This document shows, piece by piece, positions 23,683-32,901 of a stretch of 35,137 nt of DNA. Made by a program: the position numbers and the translations under genes. The stretch comes from an uncultured Bacilli bacterium (GTDB taxonomy: Bacteria; Bacillota_I; Bacilli_A; RF39; UBA660): positions 1 to 35,137 of the forward strand of contig CALVRS010000019.1 of the NCBI GenBank assembly GCA_944358725.1, written 5' to 3'. Every line of letters begins with the position of its first letter. The first letter of the stretch is position 1. A model generated the notes under the pieces. It did no database searches. It worked only from the letters and a program-made list of their open reading frames with translations, and had not been told where the DNA came from.

Positions 23683-25503
23683 ATGGCAGTTATAAAAATA
23701 ATGGATGAACTTTTAGCAAATAAAATAGCCGCTGGTGAAGTCGTTGAAAAATGCGCATCAGTTGTGAAAGAACTAGTTGAAAATAGTATCGATGCTGGCA
23801 GTACAGAAATAAAAGTAGAGTTAGAAGATGCTGGCACTAGACAAATAAAAGTAATTGATAATGGAAAAGGTATGGATAAAGACGATGCCGTTTTAGCTTT
23901 CTCAAGACATGCTACGAGTAAAATCAAAGATGAAGATGACCTTTATAGATTAACAACCTTAGGTTTTAGAGGCGAAGCCCTAGCATCAATAGCCGCTGTC
24001 AGTAAAGTAGATTTAAAAACATGTGCAAGCGATATAGGTACCCATGTTATCATAAATGGTGGACAAATCAAAGAAATAGGTTTAGGCGACGCTAGAAAAG
24101 GAACAACCATAACTGTAAGTGAACTTTTCTATAACACACCAGCTAGATTAAAACATATGAAAAGTCTATATACTGAACTTGCTAATATAACAGATTATAT
24201 AAATAAATTAGCCTTGTCTAAACCTAATATCAGATTTACTTTAAAAAATAACGATAATATAATTTTAACAACCGATGGGTCTGGCAATATTTTAAAAGTT
24301 ATTCAAAGCATCTATGGAACCGATGTCGCTAAAAAAATGGTTCCTATAAAAGGAGAAAACCCTGACTATGAAATATCTGGATATATTTCTCTTCCTGAAG
24401 TTCACCGCTCAAGCAGAAATAATATGGTAACAATTGTCAATGGTAGAGTAGTTAGAAACATGGATATCAATAGAACAGTAAATGATGCCTATCACTCATA
24501 TAAACCAGATAATAGATATCCAATAACCGTAATAAACATAGAAGTAGATCCAAGTGTAATTGATGTCAATATTCATCCAACTAAAATGGATATCAAATTT
24601 AGTAAAATGGACACATTACTTGAACTAATAAAAGTAACCATATTTGCTGCCATTACTAATAGAAACCTCATACCAGAAGTTTCTATTAGAAAAGAAAAAC
24701 CAAAAAGAGAAGAACTTAGATTTGACTTAGAAAGACATACTTATAATAAACCAAAAATAGAAAGCGAAATATTTAATGAACAAAAGCCGGAAATTCCTGT
24801 AAACGATACCATCTATGAAGATGAAAAAACAGGTGACATCGTCCATGAAGTTGTTATGGAAAATGATGAATATAAAATAACCACCCAAGAAGAAATAAAA
24901 CAAACAATGCCTGAAATGTATCCTGTTGGACTTGTACACGGAACCTATATAATCTGTCAAAACGAAAAAGGTATGTATATCATTGACCAGCACGCTGCTA
25001 AAGAAAGATGTAACTATGAAAAATTCAAAAAAGCAATGGGTAAACCAAATATCGCTTCAACCGCTTTATTGTTTCCAATTACCATTGAACTTTCTAATGA
25101 CGAATATATTATTCTAAAAGAAAATATGCATATCTTAGAAAACTTAAAATTTAAAATAGAAGAATTTGGTATTAACTCCATAATTGTTAAACAGCACCCA
25201 GCTTGGATACCGCAAGGCCATGAAGAAGAAACAATCAGAAAAATAATTGAAATAGTTATAACAACAAAAAAAGACTTCAACATTGAAAAATTTAATGAAA
25301 AAGTAGCCATCATGATGAGTTGCAAACATGCCATTAAAGCAAACACTAATATAACCATGGAAGAAATGGAAGCCCTAATAACTGATTTAAGAAATTGTCA
25401 AAATCCATTTAATTGTCCTCATGGAAGACCAACAATGATATTCTATTCTAATTATGACCTAGAAAAACTTTTCAAACGTAGTGGTTTTGATACCATCAAA
25501 TAG
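23683..25503 (+). CDS. mutL: DNA mismatch repair endonuclease MutL
   Basis: GHKL ATPase N-terminus (LANKIAAGEVVE...VKELVENSIDAG), endonuclease motif DQHAAKER and C-terminal CPHGRP. An extended -10 TGGTATAAT lies at 23648-23656. Confidence 0.95.
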   Translation: MAVIKIMDELLANKIAAGEVVEKCASVVKELVENSIDAGSTEIKVELEDAGTRQIKVIDNGKGMDKDDAVLAFSRHATSKIKDEDDLYRLTTLGFRGEALASIAAVSKVDLKTCASDIGTHVIINGGQIKEIGLGDARKGTTITVSELFYNTPARLKHMKSLYTELANITDYINKLALSKPNIRFTLKNNDNIILTTDGSGNILKVIQSIYGTDVAKKMVPIKGENPDYEISGYISLPEVHRSSRNNMVTIVNGRVVRNMDINRTVNDAYHSYKPDNRYPITVINIEVDPSVIDVNIHPTKMDIKFSKMDTLLELIKVTIFAAITNRNLIPEVSIRKEKPKREELRFDLERHTYNKPKIESEIFNEQKPEIPVNDTIYEDEKTGDIVHEVVMENDEYKITTQEEIKQTMPEMYPVGLVHGTYIICQNEKGMYIIDQHAAKERCNYEKFKKAMGKPNIASTALLFPITIELSNDEYIILKENMHILENLKFKIEEFGINSIIVKQHPAWIPQGHEEETIRKIIEIVITTKKDFNIEKFNEKVAIMMSCKHAIKANTNITMEEMEALITDLRNCQNPFNCPHGRPTMIFYSNYDLEKLFKRSGFDTIK

Positions 25504-25515
25504 AAGGGAGATAAT

Positions 25516-26631
25516 ATGACATACTTAGATTATAGTGCGACAACACCAGTCGATAAAGAAGTCCTAAATAGTTTCATAAAAGCATCAGAATATATTGGTA
25601 ATCCAAACTCGCTTCATGACCTTGGAGTAAAATCTAAACATTTAATCGATGCTAGTACAAATCAAATTGCCAACATCTTAAATGTAAAACCATCAGAAAT
25701 TATTTATACATCAGGCGCTAGTGAAAGTAATAATACCATAATCAAAACCGTAAGAGCTTTTAAAAATAGAGGTAAACATATAATAACCACAAAACTAGAA
25801 CACTCCTCAGTCTATGGCCCATTAAAACAATTAGAGCAAGAAGGTTTCAAAATAGATTATGTCCCACTTGAAAATGGAATAGTCCAAATAGATAAGTTAA
25901 AACAAATGATAACAGATAATACCGTTTTAGTAACCATCAGTATGGTAAATAGTGAAACAGGTCTTCGCCAGCCCATTGAAGAAATAGGAAAACTTTTAAA
26001 AAACTATCCTAAAATAATATTTCATAGTGATATAACTCAAGCCGTAGGCAAAATAAAAATCGATTTAACCAATGTTGATGCAGCTAGCTTCTCCGCCCAT
26101 AAATTCTTTGGCTTTAAAGGAATAGGAGTTTTGTATAAAAAAGAAAATTTAATTATAGAGCCACTTATCGCTGGTGGTAAAAGTACAACCACATTTCGTA
26201 GTGGAACACCACCTTTAGAGCTAATAGTATCCATGGCTAAAGCCTTAAGATTAAGTCATGAAAATATTGAAAGTGATTATCAAAAAGTACAAAAACTAAA
26301 CGAAATTTTAAAAGAAAACTTAAAAAAATATCCAGACGTATCTATAAATAGTAATGAAAATTCAATCCCACATATTTTAAATATAAGCATCAAAAATATC
26401 AAACCAGAAACCATGCTTCATAGCTTAGAAGAAAATCAAATTTATATCTCAACCCAAAGCGCTTGCGCCTTAGGAAATATATCACAAGCTGTAAAAGCCT
26501 TAACGCAACATGAAAAGTTAGCTCAAACCAGCATTCGTATAAGTATATCTAAAAAAACAACCCAAATAGATATTGAAAACTTTATTAAAGCTTTCAGTAA
26601 AAGTTATAAAAATTTAGGAGGAAAACTATGA
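25516..26631 (+). CDS. Cysteine desulfurase (class V aminotransferase, NifS/IscS-like)
   Basis: YLDYSATTP N-terminus, PLP lysine context SFSAHKFFGFKGIG and catalytic Cys loop STQSACA. Confidence 0.88.
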   Translation: MTYLDYSATTPVDKEVLNSFIKASEYIGNPNSLHDLGVKSKHLIDASTNQIANILNVKPSEIIYTSGASESNNTIIKTVRAFKNRGKHIITTKLEHSSVYGPLKQLEQEGFKIDYVPLENGIVQIDKLKQMITDNTVLVTISMVNSETGLRQPIEEIGKLLKNYPKIIFHSDITQAVGKIKIDLTNVDAASFSAHKFFGFKGIGVLYKKENLIIEPLIAGGKSTTTFRSGTPPLELIVSMAKALRLSHENIESDYQKVQKLNEILKENLKKYPDVSINSNENSIPHILNISIKNIKPETMLHSLEENQIYISTQSACALGNISQAVKALTQHEKLAQTSIRISISKKTTQIDIENFIKAFSKSYKNLGGKL

Positions 26632-27764
26632 AAAAAATACTATTAATATTAAGTTTATTTTTAATCATACCATTTGCAAAAGTAAACGCTGAAGAAGTTG
26701 ATATAACATTATTTTATGGAAATGGTTGCCCACACTGCGCCGAAGAAGAAAAATACTTAAAAACCTTAAAAAGTGAGCTCGGAAAAAATATCAATATAAC
26801 AACATATGAAATATGGGATAATAAAGAAAATCAAGATCTATATGAAAAAGTTTTAACCACATTATCCATCGATAACGACAAAACAAGCGTTCCTTTTACC
26901 ATAATTGGAAATACAACTTTTGAAGGTTATAACGATGAAATTTCCGGTAAAATAAAAAAGACCATTTTTGAAAACTTAAAACAAAAAAACTTAAACGTTG
27001 TAAAAGAAATTGAAAATGGCAATCCAGTGCCAACCAGCTTAACCTTAGATCCTAATCCAACAATCCATTTTACCTTTCTAGGTAAAACCGACATAAAAAA
27101 AACAAACGCCTTAACCATTTCAACAACTGAAGGTATAGCTGATGCTATAAATCTTGGCTCCCTTTGGATAATTCTTTTTCTAGCCGGTATTATGCTCGCT
27201 ATTTATAACAATAAAAAAAGATTGCTTCTAGGTGGTCTGTTTGTAATTACCAGTAGTATAACTTATATGATAATAACCCTAACAGGTGCGGAATTTACCA
27301 TAAATCAAACCGTATTCATAAGAACATTTATCAGTATAGTTACTATAATTGCTGGAGCCATAAGCGTTGATGCATATATCAAAATAAACGTTCCAAAAAA
27401 AAGTATTCTCCAAATACTTCAAGAACTATTTGGAAATAAACAAATGTTGCTTTATTCGGCAGGAATTATAATAGCAAGTATAATTGCTACATTCACTTTA
27501 GTAAATCAAGCCCATAGCTCTCCAGCACTAGTTCAAACCGCTTTGGAAATTCAAGGGATAAATAATCAAATGCCATATATGTTCTTGTATTTCTTCATGT
27601 ATCTAATAACAAGCTTAATATTAGTTGGTATTGTCAACATAATAATAAAAGAACTTGTTATCGAAAATACAATTGGCACCTATAATAGATTAATAGCTGG
27701 TATAACAATGTTAGTTGCCGCTTTTATCTTAATATATTTCCCATCAGTATTCATGATGGCATAG
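26628..27764 (+). CDS. Secreted thioredoxin/glutaredoxin-like domain (CPHC) fused to a polytopic membrane domain
   Basis: Signal peptide ...FAKVNA|EE, then LFYGNGCPHCAEEEKYLK, then about 6 TM helices containing no cysteines. ATGA overlap with the desulfurase gene. Confidence 0.75.
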   Translation: MKKILLILSLFLIIPFAKVNAEEVDITLFYGNGCPHCAEEEKYLKTLKSELGKNINITTYEIWDNKENQDLYEKVLTTLSIDNDKTSVPFTIIGNTTFEGYNDEISGKIKKTIFENLKQKNLNVVKEIENGNPVPTSLTLDPNPTIHFTFLGKTDIKKTNALTISTTEGIADAINLGSLWIILFLAGIMLAIYNNKKRLLLGGLFVITSSITYMIITLTGAEFTINQTVFIRTFISIVTIIAGAISVDAYIKINVPKKSILQILQELFGNKQMLLYSAGIIIASIIATFTLVNQAHSSPALVQTALEIQGINNQMPYMFLYFFMYLITSLILVGIVNIIIKELVIENTIGTYNRLIAGITMLVAAFILIYFPSVFMMA

Positions 27765-27765
27765 C

Positions 27766-27793
27766 AAAAAGAGTTCAAAAATGAACTCTTTTT
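27766..27793 (+). terminator. Rho-independent terminator
   Basis: 12-bp stem AAAAAGAGTTCA / TGAACTCTTTTT with a 4-nt loop. Confidence 0.8.
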
Positions 27794-27880
27794 AAATATC
27801 CTTTCTTAAAATATCTTTGCTTTCAAAAACTTCCTTATTTTTTATATCCTTAAAATAAATTTTAATCTCACATTTTTCTA

Positions 27881-27988
27881 ATAGCATTATTAATTATCTT
27901 ATTTATCTTTATCGTAATAATATTAAGAGCATTTTATATCCAAGTCATCGATTATCAAAAACTGAATAAAAAAGCCAGTGAACTTTGG
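27881..27988 (+). pseudogene. Fragment of a class B PBP paralogue (equivalent to codons ~12-47 of the intact gene at 29994)
   Basis: It translates to IALLIILFIFIVIILRAFYIQVIDYQKLNKKASELW, against IALLIILFVFMVIILRVFYIQVFDYQKLNKKASDLW at 30027-30134. Identity is roughly four-fifths of bases by eye. There is no start codon and a stop follows shortly after. Confidence 0.8.
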
Positions 27989-28000
27989 CCTAGTATAACA

Positions 28001-28078
28001 AAGTCTTGATTACATGAGTTTTCAACTACTTGCATAAATGTTTCTTTGCCGTGTCCACCATGTTTTCAATAATGAACT
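28001..28078 (-). pseudogene. Inverted internal fragment of a class B PBP paralogue (equivalent to about 30972-31049)
   Basis: The reverse complement translates to IVHY*KHGGHGKETFMQVVENSCNQDF, against TIHCWKHGGHGKETFMQVVENSCNPGF. The Trp codon is replaced by TGA, and the fragment directly abuts the + strand fragment above. Confidence 0.8.
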
Positions 28079-28279
28079 ATGTATGAACATATTTGTTTTA
28101 TAGAAATATAGGGAAGATACACAGAAATGTGTTTTTTTCATGTTATAATAACTAATTAAGTAGTTGTATTATTAGCTATTTTAAGAAAATCAAAAAAGTA
28201 AAAATTATTATTAGTAAATAACTGAAATTAATCCATTTTTCATTATTAAACTAATAAAAATCATATAAGGAGGTACATT

Positions 28280-28342
28280 ATGCCACATTATAATGTTTAT
28301 GATAGTTTTAAAACAAAAAAAGTATTGAAAAAACAGAGCTAA
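28280..28342 (+). pseudogene. Short SD-led ORF, probably the decayed 5' end of a former gene
   Basis: AAGGAGGT (28268-28275) then ATG 28280 gives MPHYNVYDSFKTKKVLKKQS*. Poly-A tracts occur within the ORF, and the other two frames continue briefly (ELKKKLLEREMTQ*, KEKALGKRNDTVVNFVIDYSDNYDKRKNKKRC*). Confidence 0.3.
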
Positions 28343-28480
28343 AGAAAAAGCTCTTGGAAAGAGAAATGACACAGTAGTTAATTTTGTTATAGATTACTCT
28401 GATAATTATGATAAAAGAAAAAATAAAAAGAGATGCTAATGAATTATAACATAAACAAAATCTGACCCATATAAAATTGA

Positions 28481-28593
28481 ATAAACTTGGATAAAAATAA
28501 CCAAGTTTTTTTGTAAGCAAATAAACATCATAATCATATATTTAAATGGTGAATAATATGTTCTTCAAAAATATACACAAAAGAATAAAAATA
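28481..28593. repeat. Direct repeat copy A (terminator hairpin + PBP upstream region/RBS + first 12 PBP codons)
   Basis: 110 of 113 bases are identical to 29917-30029 by hand alignment. It contains hairpin AACTTGG/CCAAGTT plus a T-run (28484-28512) and ATG 28558. That ATG opens a truncated 19-codon ORF, MFFKNIHKRIKITLLIIFI*. Confidence 0.9.
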
Positions 28594-28670
28594 ACATTAT
28601 TAATTATTTTTATTTAATAAAAAATAATTAAATAACGTGTAAGAAAACATGTAAGATATAGACAAGATAA

Positions 28671-28699
28671 TTGATATTATATTTAGACGGTGGTATAAT
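28671..28699 (+). promoter_or_regulatory. SigmaA promoter of the Fic gene (extended -10)
   Basis: TTGATA (28671-28676), 17 nt, TGgTATAAT (28691-28699). Confidence 0.7.
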
Positions 28700-28727
28700 A
28701 TTATTAGAAAATTAAGAGGTGATTTTA

Positions 28728-29723
28728 ATGAAAAAATATGTACCGCCATTTACTATTTCAAATAAAATGTTAGAACTTGTTGGTAGTATAATGGAAAAAG
28801 TTGGAAAATTAGATAATTTTAGTAATTTAAATAAAATGCCAGTACTAAGAAGAAATAATCGCATTTATTCAATACATTCGTCTTTAGCTATTGAAAAAAA
28901 TTCATTATCGTTTAATCAAGTTAGAGATGTTATTAATGGTAAATTAGTACTTGGAGATCAAAAAGAAATACAAGAAGTTAAGAATGCTTATAAGGCTTAT
29001 GAAATGATAAGTGAAACTAATCCATATAATATTAAAGATTTATTAAAAGTACATGGAACTATGACATTTTTAACTGTAGAAGAATCTGGCGTATTTAGAA
29101 AAGGAGAAGAAGGTGTATTTGATGAAAATGGTAATTGCATTTTTATCGCACCAAAACCTGAATATGTAGAAACTTTAATGAATGACTTATTTAATTGGAT
29201 GAAAAAATCAAAAGATGAAATTCATCCATTAATATTATCTTCTATTTTCCATTATGAATTCGTATTTATTCATCCATTTAGTGATGGAAATGGTAGGACT
29301 GCTAGACTTTGGCAAAATATAATTTTATCTAAATGGAAAGAGCTATTCGAATACGTACCTATAGAATCGCAAATAAAGAAATATCAAGAAGAATATTATA
29401 AAGTGATTAATAATTGTAATAAAACAGGTAATTCTAATGAATTTATAGAATTTATGTTAGATATGATTGATCGAGAATTAGGTAATTTACTATCAAATAC
29501 TGAAAAAGAAATAACTCATATAAATAAATATGTAAATAAATTACTTGAAGTAATGGATTATAGTATTCCAATGAGTGCATTTGAAATAATGGAAAAGTTA
29601 GGGCTAAAATCTAAAGATTCGTTTAGAGATAATTATTTAAATCCAGCCCTTAAGTGTGGATTAATTAAAATGACTTTACCAGATAAACCAACAAGTAAAA
29701 ATCAAAGATATTATAAAGATTGA
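28728..29723 (+). CDS. Fic family protein (canonical HxFx[DE]GNGRxxR motif) with C-terminal winged-helix-like region
   Basis: HPFSDGNGRTARLW Fic motif, N-terminal helix HSSLAIEKNS (a variant of the [ST]xxxE[GN] inhibitory motif) and RBS AAGAGGTGA before ATG 28728. Confidence 0.88.
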   Translation: MKKYVPPFTISNKMLELVGSIMEKVGKLDNFSNLNKMPVLRRNNRIYSIHSSLAIEKNSLSFNQVRDVINGKLVLGDQKEIQEVKNAYKAYEMISETNPYNIKDLLKVHGTMTFLTVEESGVFRKGEEGVFDENGNCIFIAPKPEYVETLMNDLFNWMKKSKDEIHPLILSSIFHYEFVFIHPFSDGNGRTARLWQNIILSKWKELFEYVPIESQIKKYQEEYYKVINNCNKTGNSNEFIEFMLDMIDRELGNLLSNTEKEITHINKYVNKLLEVMDYSIPMSAFEIMEKLGLKSKDSFRDNYLNPALKCGLIKMTLPDKPTSKNQRYYKD

Positions 29724-29916
29724 CAATTAGTAAGTATTGAATTTGTAGTAAAAGCAATTACTAAAAAAATTGGATTATGAAATATATGGTATTGATTTAT
29801 ATTCAAAGTGGTAACAAGATGATTAAGAAGAAAAAAATAAGCATAATTAATACGAATAAAAAAACATAAACTTGATTCACTAGTATTATAATCATTTTTA
29901 TCAGTATTCTACCAAT

Positions 29917-30029
29917 ATAAACTTGGATAAAAATAGCCAAGTTTTTTTGTCAACAAATAAACATCATAATCATATATTTAAATGGTGAATAATATGTTCT
30001 TCAAAAATATACACAAAAGAATAAAAATA
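29917..30029. repeat. Direct repeat copy B (terminator hairpin + upstream region/RBS + first 12 codons of the intact PBP gene)
   Basis: Pairs with 28481-28593. Hairpin AACTTGG/CCAAGTT plus a T-run at 29920-29948. Confidence 0.9.
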
Positions 30030-31898
30030 GCCTTACTAATAATTTTGTTTGTTTTTATGGTAATCATTTTAAGAGTATTTTATATACAAGTCTTTGACTA
30101 TCAAAAACTAAATAAAAAAGCTAGTGATCTTTGGAGTAGAAATCTACCAATAAAAGCCGATAGGGGACTAATCTATGACAGAAATGGTGTAGTTTTAGCT
30201 GATAATGAAACAACCACCTCACTAGTAGTCATACCAAACCAAATAAAAAATAAAAAAGAAACAGCCACTAAACTAGCTGAAATTTTAAATGTCAGCTATG
30301 AGACAATGTATAAACATATCAATAAAAACACCTCAATTGAAAGAGTACATCCAGAAGGAAGAAGACTATCATATGAAATTGCCGATAAAATAAAAGCTTT
30401 AAAATTAGATGGTGTATATTTAGTAAAAGAATCTAAAAGAATATATCCCTTCGACACATCAATGGCTCACACTTTAGGCTTTGTTGGTATCGATAATCAA
30501 GGATTAAGTGGTATTGAACTAACATATGATAAATATCTGACCGGTAAAGATGGAGCCATCAAATACTTTAGTGACGCTAAAGGAAATAAACTTGCCCTAA
30601 GCGAAGTCTATGAGCAACCCCAAGATGGTATGAACATCACTCTAACAATTAATAATGAAATACAAACATCTTTAGAAAGAGAATTAAATAATGCTGTAAC
30701 TAAATATAATCCAGATAGAGCCATTGGCCTTGTCATGGATCCTAATAATGGAGAAATCTTAGCCATATCCGCAAGACCTAACTTCTCGCCCGTAAATTAT
30801 CAAGACTATAGCATAGAACAAATAAATCAAAACCTGCCAATATGGGCAACTTATGAACCAGGTTCAACATTTAAAATAATAACCTTAGCTGCCGCCTTAG
30901 AAGAAGGAAAAGTCGACTTAGAAAAAGACACCTACTATGATAAAGGAAGTATAAAAGTTGAAAATGCTACAATCCATTGCTGGAAACATGGTGGTCATGG
31001 TAAAGAAACATTCATGCAAGTAGTAGAAAATTCTTGTAACCCAGGATTTGTCATATTAGGGCAAAGACTTGGAACAAATACATTATTTAACTATATCGAT
31101 AAATTTGGTTTTGGTCATAAAACAGGCATCGACTTAAATGGAGAAGCTACCGGAATAATTTTCAAAAAAGAAAACGTTGGACCAGTTGAACTTGCCACAA
31201 CAGCCTTCGGACAAGGTGTGTCTGTAACACCAATCCAGCAAGTCACTGCCGTATCAGCCGCCATAAATGGAGGAACTTTATATAAACCTTATATAGTCAA
31301 AAGTATCAATGAACCAGAAACAAATACCGTCATCAAAGAAACAAAACCCACCAAAATAAGAAATGTCATCAGTGAAGAAACTAGTAAAAAAGTAAGAGAA
31401 GCTTTAGAAAACGTCGTCGCTAATGGTAGTGGCCGAACATCGTATATTGATGGATATAGAGTAGGTGGTAAAACCGGAACAGCTCAAAAAGTAGAAAACG
31501 GAAAATATCTTTCTAATAACTATATTCTCTCCTTTATAGGCTTTCTTCCAGCCGATGATCCAAAAGTCGTTGTATATATCGCAATTGATAACCCTAAAGG
31601 AACAGTTCAGTATGGTGGCACCACTGTAGGTCCTATCTCTAAAGCCGTTTTAAAAGATTGCATAAAAGCTTTGAATATTCCCAAAAGTGAAGGAGGAAAA
31701 GATAAAAAATATAAATGGCCAGACCCTAAAACATATACCGTTCCAAACGTAGAAAATAAAAGCTTAAAAGATGCCAAAAAAGAACTCAAAAACTTTCAAG
31801 TAATAACCGAAGGAAATGGCGATACCGTAACTTATCAATCTCCAGAAGCTGGGACAAAATTAGAAGAAGGAAAAACCATTAAACTGTTTACAGAATAG
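29994..31898 (+). CDS. Class B penicillin-binding protein (PBP2B/SpoVD-like transpeptidase) with one C-terminal PASTA domain
   Basis: N-terminal TM helix, STFK, SCN and KTGT motifs, and a PASTA-like C-terminus (YTVPNVENKSLKDAKKEL...). Start probably ATG 29994, after GGTGA; the track uses ATG 29982. Confidence 0.9.
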   Translation: MFFKNIHKRIKIALLIILFVFMVIILRVFYIQVFDYQKLNKKASDLWSRNLPIKADRGLIYDRNGVVLADNETTTSLVVIPNQIKNKKETATKLAEILNVSYETMYKHINKNTSIERVHPEGRRLSYEIADKIKALKLDGVYLVKESKRIYPFDTSMAHTLGFVGIDNQGLSGIELTYDKYLTGKDGAIKYFSDAKGNKLALSEVYEQPQDGMNITLTINNEIQTSLERELNNAVTKYNPDRAIGLVMDPNNGEILAISARPNFSPVNYQDYSIEQINQNLPIWATYEPGSTFKIITLAAALEEGKVDLEKDTYYDKGSIKVENATIHCWKHGGHGKETFMQVVENSCNPGFVILGQRLGTNTLFNYIDKFGFGHKTGIDLNGEATGIIFKKENVGPVELATTAFGQGVSVTPIQQVTAVSAAINGGTLYKPYIVKSINEPETNTVIKETKPTKIRNVISEETSKKVREALENVVANGSGRTSYIDGYRVGGKTGTAQKVENGKYLSNNYILSFIGFLPADDPKVVVYIAIDNPKGTVQYGGTTVGPISKAVLKDCIKALNIPKSEGGKDKKYKWPDPKTYTVPNVENKSLKDAKKELKNFQVITEGNGDTVTYQSPEAGTKLEEGKTIKLFTE

Positions 31899-31908
31899 AG
31901 GTGTTCAC

Positions 31909-32901
31909 TTGCTTATTTTAACAAAGTCTATTATGGCAATGATGATAGGTTTTATATTTGCTACAATTACTGGACTAGTCATTATTCCATTATTAAAAAA
32001 AATCCATGCCTCTCAAAGCTTAAGCATCTATCTAAAACGTGCTCATAAATCTAAAGAAGGAACACCAACCATGGGCGGCATAATATTTATAATACCAGCC
32101 ATAATTATAACTATAATATTTGCACTTTTAAATAAAATAAAAATCACTTATAACTTAATCATAATAATCTTCACCTTTGTAAGTTATGCTATTATCGGTT
32201 TTATAGATGACTATCTAATCATAAAAAGACATAATAATAAAGGTTTAACTAAAACTCAAAAATTTACCATGCAAATTATAGTCGCCATAATTTTTTTCTA
32301 TCTTTTCATGAAATCAGGTAGTGAACCACTACTTTGGGTGCATAGTTTAAACTTCAAACTAAATATTGGCTGGCTATATGGTATATTTATTTTATTTGTA
32401 TTAGTCGCAAGTAGTAACGCCGTAAACTTAACAGACGGTCTAGATGGTCTTGCCGGTGGACTTTCGGTCATAAGCTTTTTAACATTTGGTATAATCGCTT
32501 GGAACTCAGGTTGGCTCGAAGGATATGAAGACATTGCCACCTTCGCTTTTACCTTAGTAGGTACACTTTTAGGTTTTCTCATGTATAACACCAATAAAGC
32601 AAAAATCTTCATGGGCGATACCGGTTCACTTTGCTTAGGTGCCACTTTAGGAGCTTATGCCATTTTAACTAGACATGAATTACTATTAGTAGTAATTGGA
32701 TTTGTCTTCGTTATAGAAACATTAAGCTGCGTCATTCAAATAATCGTCTATAAACTCATAAAAAAAAGAGTATTTCCAATGACACCAATTCATCATACCT
32801 TTGAAAAAATGGGAATGAAAGAAACAGATATTGTTAAACTATTTTGGACAGTCGGCTTAATTGCTTCTATGTTCGCATTAGTATATGGGGTGTGGTTATG
32901 A
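31909..32901 (+). CDS. mraY: Phospho-N-acetylmuramoyl-pentapeptide transferase
   Basis: KEGTPTMGG, NAVNLTDGLDGLA, FMGDTGSL and PIHHTFE motifs. TTG start after AGAGGTG. Confidence 0.93.
   Translation: MLILTKSIMAMMIGFIFATITGLVIIPLLKKIHASQSLSIYLKRAHKSKEGTPTMGGIIFIIPAIIITIIFALLNKIKITYNLIIIIFTFVSYAIIGFIDDYLIIKRHNNKGLTKTQKFTMQIIVAIIFFYLFMKSGSEPLLWVHSLNFKLNIGWLYGIFILFVLVASSNAVNLTDGLDGLAGGLSVISFLTFGIIAWNSGWLEGYEDIATFAFTLVGTLLGFLMYNTNKAKIFMGDTGSLCLGATLGAYAILTRHELLLVVIGFVFVIETLSCVIQIIVYKLIKKRVFPMTPIHHTFEKMGMKETDIVKLFWTVGLIASMFALVYGVWL

Noticed and set aside
23683-25503. mutL without an upstream mutS as a possible anomaly
   Set aside because: mutS and mutL are not always linked, and mutS may lie elsewhere in the genome. 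The MutL here has intact ATPase and endonuclease motifs, so nothing abnormal is evident from the sequence.
28308-28520. 70-aa minus-strand ORF in the decayed region
   Set aside because: It has a hydrophobic low-complexity product and no RBS. It spans the terminator hairpin of repeat copy A and the remnants of a + strand ORF, so it is most likely spurious.
28481-30029. Considered whether the 113-bp direct repeats are IS/MITE ends or a CRISPR-like array
   Set aside because: There are only two copies, in direct rather than inverted orientation. Their content is fully explained as terminator plus upstream region plus 5' coding sequence of the PBP gene. There is no transposase or cas gene between or near them.
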